Shown in pieces: positions 20,255 through 32,053 of a stretch of 64,000 bases of DNA (position 1 is the first letter of the stretch; each line of letters opens with the position of its first letter). The stretch covers positions 825 to 64,824 of the forward strand of contig CAZEJS010000001.1 of assembly GCA_964512645.1 (NCBI GenBank), read 5' to 3'. Under the pieces are notes generated by a model. The model was not told where the DNA came from. It did no database searches and saw nothing but the letters and a program-made list of their open reading frames with translations. The position numbers and the translations under genes were made by a program. The DNA comes from an uncultured Acidimicrobiales bacterium. Lineage in GTDB: Bacteria > Actinomycetota > Geothermincolia > Fen-727 > Anoxymicrobiaceae.

Positions 20255-21268
20255 CTAGAGGTTCTCTATCGCTTTCACCATGGCGTCAGCCATCTCGCTC
20301 GTCTTCGCGTCCCCGCCGATGTCGTAGGTTACCGTCTTCCCCTCGCCGATAACCGCGGAGACGCCCGCGAGCACCCGTTCGGCTGCCTCGTCCTGTCCGA
20401 TATGCTTCAGCATCAGGTAACCGGAGAGTATCTGCGCGGTGGGGTCGACCTTGTCCAGCCCCGTATACTTTGGCGCGCTGCCGTGGGCCGGCTCGAAGAC
20501 GGCCAGGTCGCCGTCCCCCAGGTTCGAGCTGGGCGCGATACCCAGCCCGCCAATGAGTCCGGCGCAGAGGTCGCTGAGCATGTCGCCGTAAAGATTGGCC
20601 ATGACCATCACGTCGTACAGATGGGGTTTCTGCACGAGCTGCATGCACATGTTGTCGACTATCCGTTCCTCGAACTCCACATCCGGATACTCCTCGGACA
20701 TCCGCCTCCCTACCTCCAGGAAAAGGCCGTCGGTCATCTTCATGATGTTGGCTTTGTGAACAATGGTGAGTTTCCTGCGTTTGTTGCGCCTCACGTACTC
20801 GAAGGCGAACCTGATGATCCTCTCGGAGCCCTGGCGGGTTATGACCTTGATGGACTCGGCAACGTCCGGCGTGACCATATGCTCGATGCCAGCGTAGAGG
20901 TCTTCCATGTTCTCGCGAACGACCACGAGGTCTATGTCCGTGTAAGGCGTCTTCACGCCGGGGATGTAGAACGCGGGGCGCACGCACGCGTAAAGGTCCA
21001 GTTCCTTGCGAAGGGCCACGTTTACGCTGCGGAAGCCGCTTCCCACGGGGGTGGTGATGGGCCCCTTGTAGGCAACCCGGTTCTCCCGGATGTTGTCCAG
21101 CACCGCTTCCGGGAGAGGGGTGCCGTACTTCTCCATTACGTCCGCGCCCGCCTCCTGGCGGTCCCACTCCACCCGGGCGCCCGCGGCGTCCATCACACGG
21201 AGCGCCGCCTCGACGAGCGAGGGCCCCACGCCGTCGCCGGGTATCAGGGTTACTCTTCTCCTGGTCAT
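20255..21268 (-). CDS. NAD-IDH-like beta-decarboxylating dehydrogenase (isocitrate/homoisocitrate/3-methylmalate dehydrogenase family)
   Basis: ORF 20255..21274 begins on GTG; ATG 21268 is preceded by [40 protein letters not shown] is near-identical in pattern to NAD-IDH subunits ([31 protein letters not shown]). Paralogous to the leuB at 7922..8986. Confidence 0.8.
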   Translation of the reverse strand: MTRRRVTLIPGDGVGPSLVEAALRVMDAAGARVEWDRQEAGADVMEKYGTPLPEAVLDNIRENRVAYKGPITTPVGSGFRSVNVALRKELDLYACVRPAFYIPGVKTPYTDIDLVVVRENMEDLYAGIEHMVTPDVAESIKVITRQGSERIIRFAFEYVRRNKRRKLTIVHKANIMKMTDGLFLEVGRRMSEEYPDVEFEERIVDNMCMQLVQKPHLYDVMVMANLYGDMLSDLCAGLIGGLGIAPSSNLGDGDLAVFEPAHGSAPKYTGLDKVDPTAQILSGYLMLKHIGQDEAAERVLAGVSAVIGEGKTVTYDIGGDAKTSEMADAMVKAIENL

Positions 21269-21292
21269 TTTCACCTTTCTCCGATCGGTCGT

Positions 21293-21787
21293 TCACTCAA
21301 CGGCAAGACGCCCGTGCTTCTTCATGTACTCCACCAGGCCGCCCTCGGAAAGGATGTCCAGCATCACCCCCGGGAGGGGAGGCGACTCGATCGTCACGTC
21401 TTTCGTCAGGTTCAGGATGACGCCGTTCTCCAGGTCGACCTCCAGGGTGTCCCCGTCGCCGATCCCCGACGTGTCGCACACAAGCGCGGGCAGCCCGTTG
21501 TTGATAGAGTTCCGGAAGTAGATCCTGGCGAACGACTCCGCCAGGACCGCCGCCACCCCCGCGCATTTGAGCGCCAGGGGAGCCTGTTCCCGGGAGGACC
21601 CGCAGCCGAAGTTCTTTCCGGCCACGATGAAGTCCCCCTCCTTGAGCCTCTTCACGAAATCCGGGTCGAGGTCCTCCATCACGTGGCAGGCGAGCTCGTC
21701 CATGTCCAGCGTCTTGAATTTGTGCCGGCCGGAGATGATGTAGTCGGTGTTGACGTCGTCTTCGAACCTGTGCGCTTCTCCTCGCAT
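21293..21787 (-). CDS. Second LeuD-like aconitase-family small subunit
   Basis: 164 aa, GCGSSREQAPLALK motif. Start is 1 nt after the stop of the upstream large subunit. Confidence 0.85.
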   Translation of the reverse strand: MRGEAHRFEDDVNTDYIISGRHKFKTLDMDELACHVMEDLDPDFVKRLKEGDFIVAGKNFGCGSSREQAPLALKCAGVAAVLAESFARIYFRNSINNGLPALVCDTSGIGDGDTLEVDLENGVILNLTKDVTIESPPLPGVMLDILSEGGLVEYMKKHGRLAVE

Positions 21788-21788
21788 G

Positions 21789-23042
21789 TCAGACGACCTT
21801 TCTCGGGTCGGTTATCTCCCCGGTCAAACAGCTCGCCGCCACCGTCGCCGGGGAAGCGAGGTAAATGAAGGCTTCGGGGTTGCCCATCCGCCCCTTGAAG
21901 TTGCGGTTGGCGGTCGAGATGACGTTCTCGCCGTCGGCGGGAACCCCCTGGTGCGTGCCCACGCAGGACGCGCAGCCCGGACACATCACAGACGCGCCCG
22001 CTTCAGTGAAGACCTCTATCAGGCCTTCACGCAGGGCCGCCAGCATGACCTCTCTCGAGGCGGGAGCGACTATCATCCTCACTCCCCTGGCCACGCTCTT
22101 GCCCCTGACTATCGAGGCCGCCGCCCGAAGGTCGTCGAGCCTCCCGTTGGTACAGGTGCCTATGAGCCCCTCGGCAATCTCGGTGCCCTCCACTTCGCCC
22201 ACCGGGCAGACGTTGTCGACGGCATGCGGCCGGGCTACCTGGGGCTCCAGGTCGCTTATGTCGTACCGGCGCTCTTCGACGTAGACCGCGTCGGCGTCGG
22301 GGTACACCGGCGTCACGGGCCCAGGAGCGCGCCCCTTCAGAAAAGCGAGCGTCTTCTCGTCCGCTTCCATGAGCCCCGCCTTCGCTCCCATCTCCACCGC
22401 CAGGTTGCTGATGGTCAGGCGGCCGTCGAGACTCAGCTCGGAGATCGCAGAACCGCCTATCTCCAGCGCCATGTAAGTAGCGCCGTCGGCGGTCACGTCA
22501 CCCACCATCATCAGCGCGATGTCCTTGGAGTGGACCCCCCGGGGCAGCTTACCCTCCACCGCCACCTTCATCGTCTCGGGCACCCGGAACCAGAGCGAGC
22601 CCGATAGGAGCCCCGCGGCCAGGTCGGTCGAACCCACGCCGGTGGCGAACGCGTTGACCGCCCCGTACGTGCAGGTGTGAGAGTCCGCTCCTATCACCAG
22701 GTTGCCCGGAAGAGCGTGCCCCCTGTCGAGCATCACCTGGTGGCACACGCCCTCACCGACGTCGTTCAACTCGAGCCCGTGCCTTTCCGCGAAGGCGCGC
22801 ATCAGCGCGTGCAGCTCGGAAATCGACCTCAGCGGGCTGGGGGCGCTGTGATCTATGCAGAACGCCGCCCTGCCGGCCATGGATATCCCCGCGCCTCCCA
22901 TGCCCTCGAAGGAGCGTATCGCCAGCGGCGCCGTGCCGTCCTGGGCCATCACGTAGTCGAGCTCGGCGATCACAATGTCACCAGCGGCGGCGTCCCGGCC
23001 GGAGTGCGCCGAGAAGATTTTCTCGGAAATCGTCTTTCCCAC
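21789..23042 (-). CDS. Second LeuC-like aconitase-family large subunit
   Basis: ORF 21789..23066. GTG at 23042 is preceded by GGAGG and gives (M)GKTISEKIFSAHSG, the canonical LeuC N-terminus. GADSHTCTYGAVNAFATGVGSTD, GTCTNGR, CPGCASCVG cysteine motifs. Confidence 0.85.
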   Translation of the reverse strand: MGKTISEKIFSAHSGRDAAAGDIVIAELDYVMAQDGTAPLAIRSFEGMGGAGISMAGRAAFCIDHSAPSPLRSISELHALMRAFAERHGLELNDVGEGVCHQVMLDRGHALPGNLVIGADSHTCTYGAVNAFATGVGSTDLAAGLLSGSLWFRVPETMKVAVEGKLPRGVHSKDIALMMVGDVTADGATYMALEIGGSAISELSLDGRLTISNLAVEMGAKAGLMEADEKTLAFLKGRAPGPVTPVYPDADAVYVEERRYDISDLEPQVARPHAVDNVCPVGEVEGTEIAEGLIGTCTNGRLDDLRAAASIVRGKSVARGVRMIVAPASREVMLAALREGLIEVFTEAGASVMCPGCASCVGTHQGVPADGENVISTANRNFKGRMGNPEAFIYLASPATVAASCLTGEITDPRKVV

Positions 23043-23116
23043 CGTGATATTTCCTCCAATAATCACTGTTCCCCCCTAAGGCTTCACGCCTTTGGTGGGG
23101 AACTGTTCGAAAGACC

Positions 23117-23144
23117 ATTTTATTTCTTTTGCCGCTCTTTTGAA
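23117..23144 (-). promoter_or_regulatory. Candidate sigma70-like promoter (TTCAAA-16-TAAAAT) heading the leuC2...cimA supercluster
   Basis: In the only AT-rich stretch of the 114-bp gap upstream of leuC2. Read on the minus strand: ttcaaaagagcggcaaaagaaaTAAAATggtc. Sequence match only. Confidence 0.35.
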
Positions 23145-23180
23145 AGATAACGGGATTCCAGCCGCTTTTTCGGCCTTGCC

Positions 23181-24260
23181 TCACGGGCCCCACGACAGGG
23201 GGGGCGACCAGCTCCCCGGACCCAGTTCCACCTTCCGGCTGAACCTGCCTCCCGCACCGTACACGAACACCGAGTCGCGTGATCCCGCCGCGGGGTCGGC
23301 TTCGAACAGCAACGCGAACCGTGACCCCGAAGGCGCGGCGCTGATGTCAGTGAACCGGCCGCCGGAAGGAGGCTCGACGGCAAGCCGCAGGCGGGCCGCG
23401 CCACCGGTGCCTGTCACGAAGTAAACGGCGGTCGGCCTCGAGGGCCCCGGCCTCTCAACCAGGACCGCGAGTACGTCCTCGCCTGTCCAGGCCATTGACC
23501 TCACCCGGCCTTCCACCACCTCGCCGTCGGCATCCCGCGTGCTGCCCGGCACCAGCACCGTCCTCTGCCGTATGGAGCTCTCGTTCCGGCCGGAGGCGAG
23601 ACCGGTCACTACCGTCGCTCCGCCTTTACGGGCATAGGCGAGCTTGCCGCTTACCGGCGAGAACGCCGCGCAGGTTACGAAATCGGGCGCCTGGACCTCT
23701 CCCCTGCCCTCCGGGCCTCGGAACGGAAGGTCCGATATCAGGCTGCTCTTGATGTCGATCTGCCGGAGCTTTCCGCCGGACAGGAACCAGATCTGGTTGT
23801 GCCTGGGAAGGAAGCCGAGCTGGCGGACCCGCGAATCGCCGGCCCGGACCGGTATGGTCCACTCCGCGTGCTGGCGCCCGCTGAACGCGCTCTTGCTCCG
23901 TATGCTGACTTCCTCGACCTTGCCGCCAGCCCTGCGGTACCAGCCCACGATCACCTCTTCGCGGCTCCCGGAGATTGCCCAGGAGGAGTACCCCTGAGAG
24001 CCGGCCGGGGCCGCTACGAACTCGCGAGAGGGTCCGCCCGACAGCGGCACCAGCCTTACCGCGCCGTTGTGACCGACCAGCGCCTCCGACGTCTTCACCG
24101 TCCCGGGGAGCAACCTGGGCACAAAGAACGCCGAGAGCGCCATGGCGGCCAGCATCACCGCGAGGTATTCGACCGTGCGACGCTGAGGGCGCCACCGCTT
24201 GTTCTTCTCGACGAACTTCTTCGCCTGCTCGTATCGCTGTTCGACAGGTGCATCGGGCAT
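23181..24260 (-). CDS. Membrane-anchored protein with a probable beta-propeller (TolB/PD40-like) ectodomain, function unknown
   Basis: 359 aa. Charged N-terminus, one TM helix (YLAVMLAAMALSAFFV), then a Gly/Ser/Arg-rich repeat-like soluble region. Confidence 0.6.
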   Translation of the reverse strand: MPDAPVEQRYEQAKKFVEKNKRWRPQRRTVEYLAVMLAAMALSAFFVPRLLPGTVKTSEALVGHNGAVRLVPLSGGPSREFVAAPAGSQGYSSWAISGSREEVIVGWYRRAGGKVEEVSIRSKSAFSGRQHAEWTIPVRAGDSRVRQLGFLPRHNQIWFLSGGKLRQIDIKSSLISDLPFRGPEGRGEVQAPDFVTCAAFSPVSGKLAYARKGGATVVTGLASGRNESSIRQRTVLVPGSTRDADGEVVEGRVRSMAWTGEDVLAVLVERPGPSRPTAVYFVTGTGGAARLRLAVEPPSGGRFTDISAAPSGSRFALLFEADPAAGSRDSVFVYGAGGRFSRKVELGPGSWSPPLSWGP

Positions 24261-24328
24261 GTGTCAATTATACAGGCAGCCGCGGGAGGCCGGCCCGTCG
24301 GTGCGCCGCCGGGCGGCGCACGATGGGT

Positions 24329-24357
24329 TTGAATTAGATATTTCCATTTGATATATT
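24329..24357 (+). promoter_or_regulatory. Candidate sigma70-like promoter for gcvH (TTGAAT-17-TATATT)
   Basis: tttGAATtagatatttccatttgaTATATTcc lies 24 nt upstream of the AGGAGGGAG RBS and ATG 24381, in an AT-rich island. Confidence 0.45.
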
Positions 24358-24380
24358 CCTCTGGGACTACTAGGAGGGAG

Positions 24381-24770
24381 ATGGCCATGGAAAACTTTCC
24401 TGAGGATCTGAAGTATCACAAAGAGCACATGTGGGTGCGCGGCGACGGCACCATTGGGATAACTTTCTACGCCCAGGACCAGCTGGGCGAGATCGTCTTC
24501 ATCGAAGTGCCCGAGCCCGGGGCCGACGTCGAGGCCGGGGAAGGCTTCGGGGAGATCGAGTCGCGCAAGTCGGTCTCGGACCTCATCGCCCCGGTGACGG
24601 GCACCATCAAAGAGGTCAACGCCGAAGTGCAGGACGCCCCCGAGATCATCAACGAAGACCCCTACGGCAAGGGATGGGTCGCCATTATCGACGTGGCCGA
24701 CGCCGCGGAGATCGAAGGCCTCATGACAGCGGCCGAGTACAACGAGCTCGTTTCCGGAGAGGAAGGCTGA
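24381..24770 (+). CDS. gcvH: Glycine cleavage system H protein (lipoyl carrier)
   Basis: ORF 24348..24770. ATG 24381 follows AGGAGGGAG. MAMENFPEDLKYHKEHMWVRGDGT...GEIESRKSVSDLIAPVTG contains the lipoyl-lysine context (ESVK-like SRKS). Confidence 0.9.
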   Translation: MAMENFPEDLKYHKEHMWVRGDGTIGITFYAQDQLGEIVFIEVPEPGADVEAGEGFGEIESRKSVSDLIAPVTGTIKEVNAEVQDAPEIINEDPYGKGWVAIIDVADAAEIEGLMTAAEYNELVSGEEG

Positions 24771-24790
24771 GCGCCGACAGGCAACAAACC

Positions 24791-24822
24791 AAAGGCGGGC
24801 GGCGACGCCCGCCTTTTTCTTT
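24791..24822. terminator. Rho-independent terminator after gcvH, possibly bidirectional (gatB converges)
   Basis: GGCGGGCG-gcga-CGCCCGCC stem followed by TTTTTCTTT on plus. The minus strand gives the same hairpin followed by UUUGGUUUGUU. Confidence 0.7.
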
Positions 24823-24914
24823 GCACGATCTCATCTGGCCGGGAGAACCCCGGCGCGGGTGAGGTGACCGCCCCCAGCCCACCCCCCCCGGGGGGGGTTG
24901 ACCTCGGAAACCGC

Positions 24915-26354
24915 TCAGGTGAGCTTCCTGCGGATGAGGTCTGAGGCCATCTCCGGGTTGGCTTTGCCGCGGGTCTTCTTCATGACCTGGCCCATCAGGA
25001 ACTTCAAAGCCTGCTCTTTGCCCTCGCGCAGGTCGCCGGCGGCCTCGGGGTTCTCGGAGATGACCTCTTCAACAACGGATTCGATCTCCGAGCCGTCGGA
25101 TATCTGGGCCAGGCCCTTCCCTTCGACTATCTCCTCGGGTCCCCTGCCGGAGTCGAACGCCTCGCGCAACACATCCTTGGCCATCTTCCCGGAGATCACC
25201 CCCCGGGTTACCAGGGACACCAGCTCCCCGAGTCCCCGGGGCTTGAGCGGGCAGGCGCTGATGGGAACGACGGCGTCCTTGAGCATCGCCGAGAGGTCCC
25301 CGGCGATCCACTTCGCGAGCGCCTTCGGGTCCTGGCCTGTCGACACCGCTTCCTCGAAATAGTCGGCCATCGCCTTCTCGCCGGTCAGCATCGAAGCGAT
25401 CTCGGGCTGGAGCCCGTACTCGGTCTCGAAGCGCCTGAGCCTCTCGGCGGGCAGTTCGGGCATCCTGGCCCTTAAGGATTCGAGCCACTCGCGGTCGGGT
25501 TCGATAGGCACGAGGTCGGGCTCCGGAAAATAGCGGTAGTCGAACGCCTCTTCCTTGCTGCGCAGGGGGCTGGTCATTCCCGCGTCGTCGTCCCAGTGTC
25601 TCGTCTCCTGCACGATCCGCTCGCCCCGGTCGAGCGCGGAGCGCTGGCGCCCCTCCTCGTAGATCAGCGCGCGATACAGCGCGCGGAACGAGTTCATGTT
25701 CTTGATCTCCACCTTGGTACCCGCGACCCCATCGACGGAGATAGAGATATTAGCGTCGCACCGCAGCGAGCCTTCCTCCATCTTGCAGTCGCTGATGTCC
25801 AGGTACTCGATAGTCGCACGCAGCAACTGCAGGAAGACACGCGCTTCCTCCGGGCTCCTCAGGTCGGGCTCGGTCACAATCTCCGCAAGCGGGATCCCGG
25901 CGCGATTGAAATCCTCGAGGCTGTGTTCCGCCCCATGGATGCGGCCGCTGGCGCCGACGTGGATGCTCTTGCCGGTATCCTCCTCGAGGTGGACGCGGGT
26001 GATCCCCACCCGGCGGCGGTAATCCCCCATCTCCACGTCGAGCCATCCGTCGTGGCTCAGGGGGCGGTCGTACTGCGATATCTGGAAGTGCTTGGGCATG
26101 TCGGGGTAGAAGTAGTTCTTGCGGTGGAATATCGAGCGGGCGGCTATCTCACAGTTCAACGCCAGCGCCAGCAGGATGGTGTCCCCCACCGCGCGGCGGT
26201 TCGTGACGGGAAGCGAGCCGGGGTGGCCCAGGCAGACCGGGCAGGTCTTGGTGTTGGGGTCACCGCCGAAAGACGCCTCGCAGCCGCAGAACATCTTCGA
26301 CCTGGTGCTGAGCTCGGTGTGTATCTCCAACCCGATTATCGTCTCTCGGTCCAT
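24915..26354 (-). CDS. gatB: Asp/Glu-tRNA(Asn/Gln) amidotransferase subunit B
   Basis: 479 aa, MDRETIIGLEIHTELSTRSKMFCGC... canonical GatB N-terminus. Confidence 0.95.
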   Translation of the reverse strand: MDRETIIGLEIHTELSTRSKMFCGCEASFGGDPNTKTCPVCLGHPGSLPVTNRRAVGDTILLALALNCEIAARSIFHRKNYFYPDMPKHFQISQYDRPLSHDGWLDVEMGDYRRRVGITRVHLEEDTGKSIHVGASGRIHGAEHSLEDFNRAGIPLAEIVTEPDLRSPEEARVFLQLLRATIEYLDISDCKMEEGSLRCDANISISVDGVAGTKVEIKNMNSFRALYRALIYEEGRQRSALDRGERIVQETRHWDDDAGMTSPLRSKEEAFDYRYFPEPDLVPIEPDREWLESLRARMPELPAERLRRFETEYGLQPEIASMLTGEKAMADYFEEAVSTGQDPKALAKWIAGDLSAMLKDAVVPISACPLKPRGLGELVSLVTRGVISGKMAKDVLREAFDSGRGPEEIVEGKGLAQISDGSEIESVVEEVISENPEAAGDLREGKEQALKFLMGQVMKKTRGKANPEMASDLIRRKLT

Positions 26355-26366
26355 CTCTCCACCCTC

Positions 26367-27836
26367 TCAGGCCGCCTCGAGGCCCGTGGGACGCGGGTCG
26401 AAGCCGACCGCGCGCTCGAGGGCCAGGGCGGCGTCCAGTATCTTCCGTTCCGAAAGGGGCGGGCCCATGAGCTGCAAGCCGACGGGCAGCCCTCCGGCGA
26501 GCCCGCAGGGCAGGCTCAGCGCCGGGATTCCGGCCAGATTGACCGGTATCGTGCATTTGTCGGACAGGTACATGGTCAGCGGGTCATCGACCTTCTCCCC
26601 GAGCTTGAACGCGGTTGTCGGGGACGTCGGGGATACCAGCAGGTCGTACTGGTCGAACGCCCGCCCGCAATCCCTGATGATAAGGGTGCGGACCTTCTGC
26701 GCTTTGGCGTAGTACTCGTCGTAGCAGCCCGCCGACAGCGCGTAAGTGCCGAGCATGATCCGGCGCTTGACCTCGGGGCCGAAGCCCCGGGCCCGCGTCT
26801 CGTCGTACATCTCCCATACGTCGCCGAACTCCCCCTCCGCGCGGAAGCCGTACCTCACCCCGTCGAACCTCGCGAGGTTGCTCGAGGCCTCGGCCGGGGC
26901 GATGAGGTAGAAGGAGGAGAGTCCGTACTCGAAGCTTGGGAGCGACACCTCGTCGCAGGACACCCCCATCCCCTCGAGGGCGTCCATGGCCTCCCGGACA
27001 CGCTGTAGCACCTCCGGGTCTATCCCCTCGCCGGACAACTCCTTGACGATGGCCACCTTCATCCCCTGGACCTCTCCGGTGAGCCCGTCGAGGTAATCGC
27101 GGGCGGGCTCTTCGATGGAGGTGGAGTCGCAAGGATCGTGACCCGCTATGACCCCCAGGAGGGCGGCGCAGTCGGTCACGTTCAGCGCCATCGGGCCGAC
27201 CTGGTCAAGAGAAGAGGCGAACGCCACCAGGCCATACCTCGAGACGAGCCCGTAGGTCGGCTTCATCCCCACTATTCCGCACAGCGAGGCCGGCTGGCGT
27301 ATGCTCCCCCCGGTGTCGGAACCCAGCGCCCAGGGGGCCTCACCCGCGGACACCGCCGCGGCGGAGCCTCCGCTGGAACCCCCGGGGACCCTCTCCAGGT
27401 CCCAGGGATTGGCGGTGTTCCCGAAAAAGGAGTTCTCGGTCGAAGAGCCCATGGCGAACTCGTCCATGTTCGTCTTTCCCAGCACAACCATGCCCGAACC
27501 CTTCACCCGCTCCACGACGGTCGCGTCCCATGTCGGCACGTAGTTCGCGAGCATGCGCGAAGCGCAGGTGGTACGTATGCCCTTCGTGGAGAGCGCGTCC
27601 TTGACGGCGATGGGAACGCCGGCGAACCGGCCCGCGTCCCGGCCCCGGGCGATATCCTCGTCTATCCGCCTGGCCTCCCTGAGGGCGCCTTCCGGGTCGG
27701 TGTTGATATAGGCCCCGACAACCTCCTCCAGGGACTCGATCCGCCGGAGGAACGCTTCGGTGACCTCCTGCGCCGAGACCTCCCGCCTGTCGATCAGCCG
27801 CGCCGTCTCGACGGCGCTTTTGTAGAGCATCTCCAT
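26367..27836 (-). CDS. gatA: Glutamyl-tRNA(Gln) amidotransferase subunit A
   Basis: 489 aa, amidase signature (GGSSGGSAAAVSAG). Confidence 0.95.
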   Translation of the reverse strand: MEMLYKSAVETARLIDRREVSAQEVTEAFLRRIESLEEVVGAYINTDPEGALREARRIDEDIARGRDAGRFAGVPIAVKDALSTKGIRTTCASRMLANYVPTWDATVVERVKGSGMVVLGKTNMDEFAMGSSTENSFFGNTANPWDLERVPGGSSGGSAAAVSAGEAPWALGSDTGGSIRQPASLCGIVGMKPTYGLVSRYGLVAFASSLDQVGPMALNVTDCAALLGVIAGHDPCDSTSIEEPARDYLDGLTGEVQGMKVAIVKELSGEGIDPEVLQRVREAMDALEGMGVSCDEVSLPSFEYGLSSFYLIAPAEASSNLARFDGVRYGFRAEGEFGDVWEMYDETRARGFGPEVKRRIMLGTYALSAGCYDEYYAKAQKVRTLIIRDCGRAFDQYDLLVSPTSPTTAFKLGEKVDDPLTMYLSDKCTIPVNLAGIPALSLPCGLAGGLPVGLQLMGPPLSERKILDAALALERAVGFDPRPTGLEAA

Positions 27837-27845
27837 CTCCCCCGC

Positions 27846-28130
27846 CTATACGATCCTCGGCACCTTGAAGGCGCCGCCCTCCGCGTCAGGCGCGCCGCCG
27901 GTGGCCTCCTCTACCGGAAGTGACGGGCGCACCTCGTCCTCACGGAATACGTTGACCACCGGCAGGGCATGACTGGTGGGCGGCACGCCCGCCGTGTCCA
28001 GTTCGCCGATGACCCTCGCATGCTCCAGTATCCCGGAGAGCTGGTCCCGGTAGGTCTCCTTTTCTTCGTCGTCCAGCCTGAGCCTCGCCAGCCTGGCCAC
28101 GTGTTCAACATCCTCGACGGTTATCGCCAT
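27846..28130 (-). CDS. gatC: Glutamyl-tRNA(Gln) amidotransferase subunit C
   Basis: 94 aa, MAITVEDVEHVARLARLRLDDEE typical GatC. Confidence 0.9.
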   Translation of the reverse strand: MAITVEDVEHVARLARLRLDDEEKETYRDQLSGILEHARVIGELDTAGVPPTSHALPVVNVFREDEVRPSLPVEEATGGAPDAEGGAFKVPRIV

Positions 28131-28154
28131 CCTTGCCCCCTCCAGGTCCGCGCC

Positions 28155-30865
<2,711 letters not shown>

Positions 30866-30933
30866 CTGCGAACCCCCGAGCTCGTGGAAGGTTTGTGGCG
30901 CCCTCTCTCGGGCGCCTGTGCTGACTGCCCTGA

Positions 30934-31686
30934 TTATAGCAGCGTGCGGTGACCATGCCCCCCGCCGACTACCCGGAGGCTTCCCCAGATGCCCAGCGAA
31001 CCCTCCACCTGTATTACCGCGCCCAGCACCGATTCGTGGCCCCTCGCCACCTCCAGCCCCGCCTCTATGTCACCCGGAACCAGGACCCTGTTCCCGATCG
31101 CTGAAGCGGCGGCGTCGGCGCAGGAGGCCGTCCTCGCCAGCACGGTGACCGCGTCCGCCGCTCCCAGGGACAGCGACGGGCCTACCTTAGCGCTGCTGGT
31201 GCAGAGGCCGATTCCCTCCCGCTCCACGTTCACTGCCATGTCGAGGTCGACACCCCCCGTACCGGCGAATACCCTGACGGTCCTCTGTCCCGTCCCGGCC
31301 AGGAAGATATCGCCGCCGTTCTCGACTATCACCTCCGGCGAGAGCCCGAGCAGGTCCGTTCCCACGTGCTGGGCGATCGCCCCGGCCACCGCGGCCATCG
31401 GCCCCACGTCGAACTCCGCCGCGGCTTCGGCCATCGCCCTGACTATCGCGGGAGCTTCGCGGTCGACCGGGACCGGACGGAACGAGGTCCCGAAATCCAC
31501 GTGCCTGGAAAGGTAGGCCTCGAGGTCTTTCCTGTGGCGCTCAAGGGAACCGGCCGCGTCTTCGCGGAGGTCGCCGCGGGTGCATACGTAGAGGTCGCTT
31601 TCGCCGATGACGACCGTATAGCACTCCAGGCCCCGGGGCTCCATCACACCACGGTATGCTCGCTCCACCTGAACTTCGTCCCCCAT
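30934..31686 (-). CDS. UPF0280 / COG2122 ApbE-like family protein (start uncertain; alternative ATG 31644)
   Basis: ORF 30934..31860. Conserved-looking core (VVIGESDLYV..., GPMAAVAGAIAQHVGTDL, VIVENGGDIFL). The upstream third is Cys/Pro/Arg-rich, probably non-coding read-through. Confidence 0.55.
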   Translation of the reverse strand: MGDEVQVERAYRGVMEPRGLECYTVVIGESDLYVCTRGDLREDAAGSLERHRKDLEAYLSRHVDFGTSFRPVPVDREAPAIVRAMAEAAAEFDVGPMAAVAGAIAQHVGTDLLGLSPEVIVENGGDIFLAGTGQRTVRVFAGTGGVDLDMAVNVEREGIGLCTSSAKVGPSLSLGAADAVTVLARTASCADAAASAIGNRVLVPGDIEAGLEVARGHESVLGAVIQVEGSLGIWGSLRVVGGGHGHRTLL

Positions 31687-32053
31687 CCCTGACGGAGCGG
31701 CCCGACCGCGTCGGCCCGCGGGTCCCCCGGCCCCGGCGGGGCACGAAGGCCCGCAGATCGAGCACCGGGGCGGCCGGTCGCACGAAAAGGCACTTGCGAG
31801 TGGAGTATAATTGGCATGGATGGATCTGTCGACGAGACAGGGAGGGGACCCAACGGGCAATCCCCGCCGCCTGCCGAACGCTCGCCGCCATCCCGGTCAC
31901 CTCCGGCCGCCGGTGCCTTGACCGGTCCCCCGAAGGACCGGCTTCACCCGGGCTCGTTCGCTCATCGACCGTGCGCGCCGGATGTGATAGAAACTCCGTG
32001 AGGCGCATGGAAAGCGCGGGGCCCTGGGAAGGGCCCCGACACGAGGGGGGACG

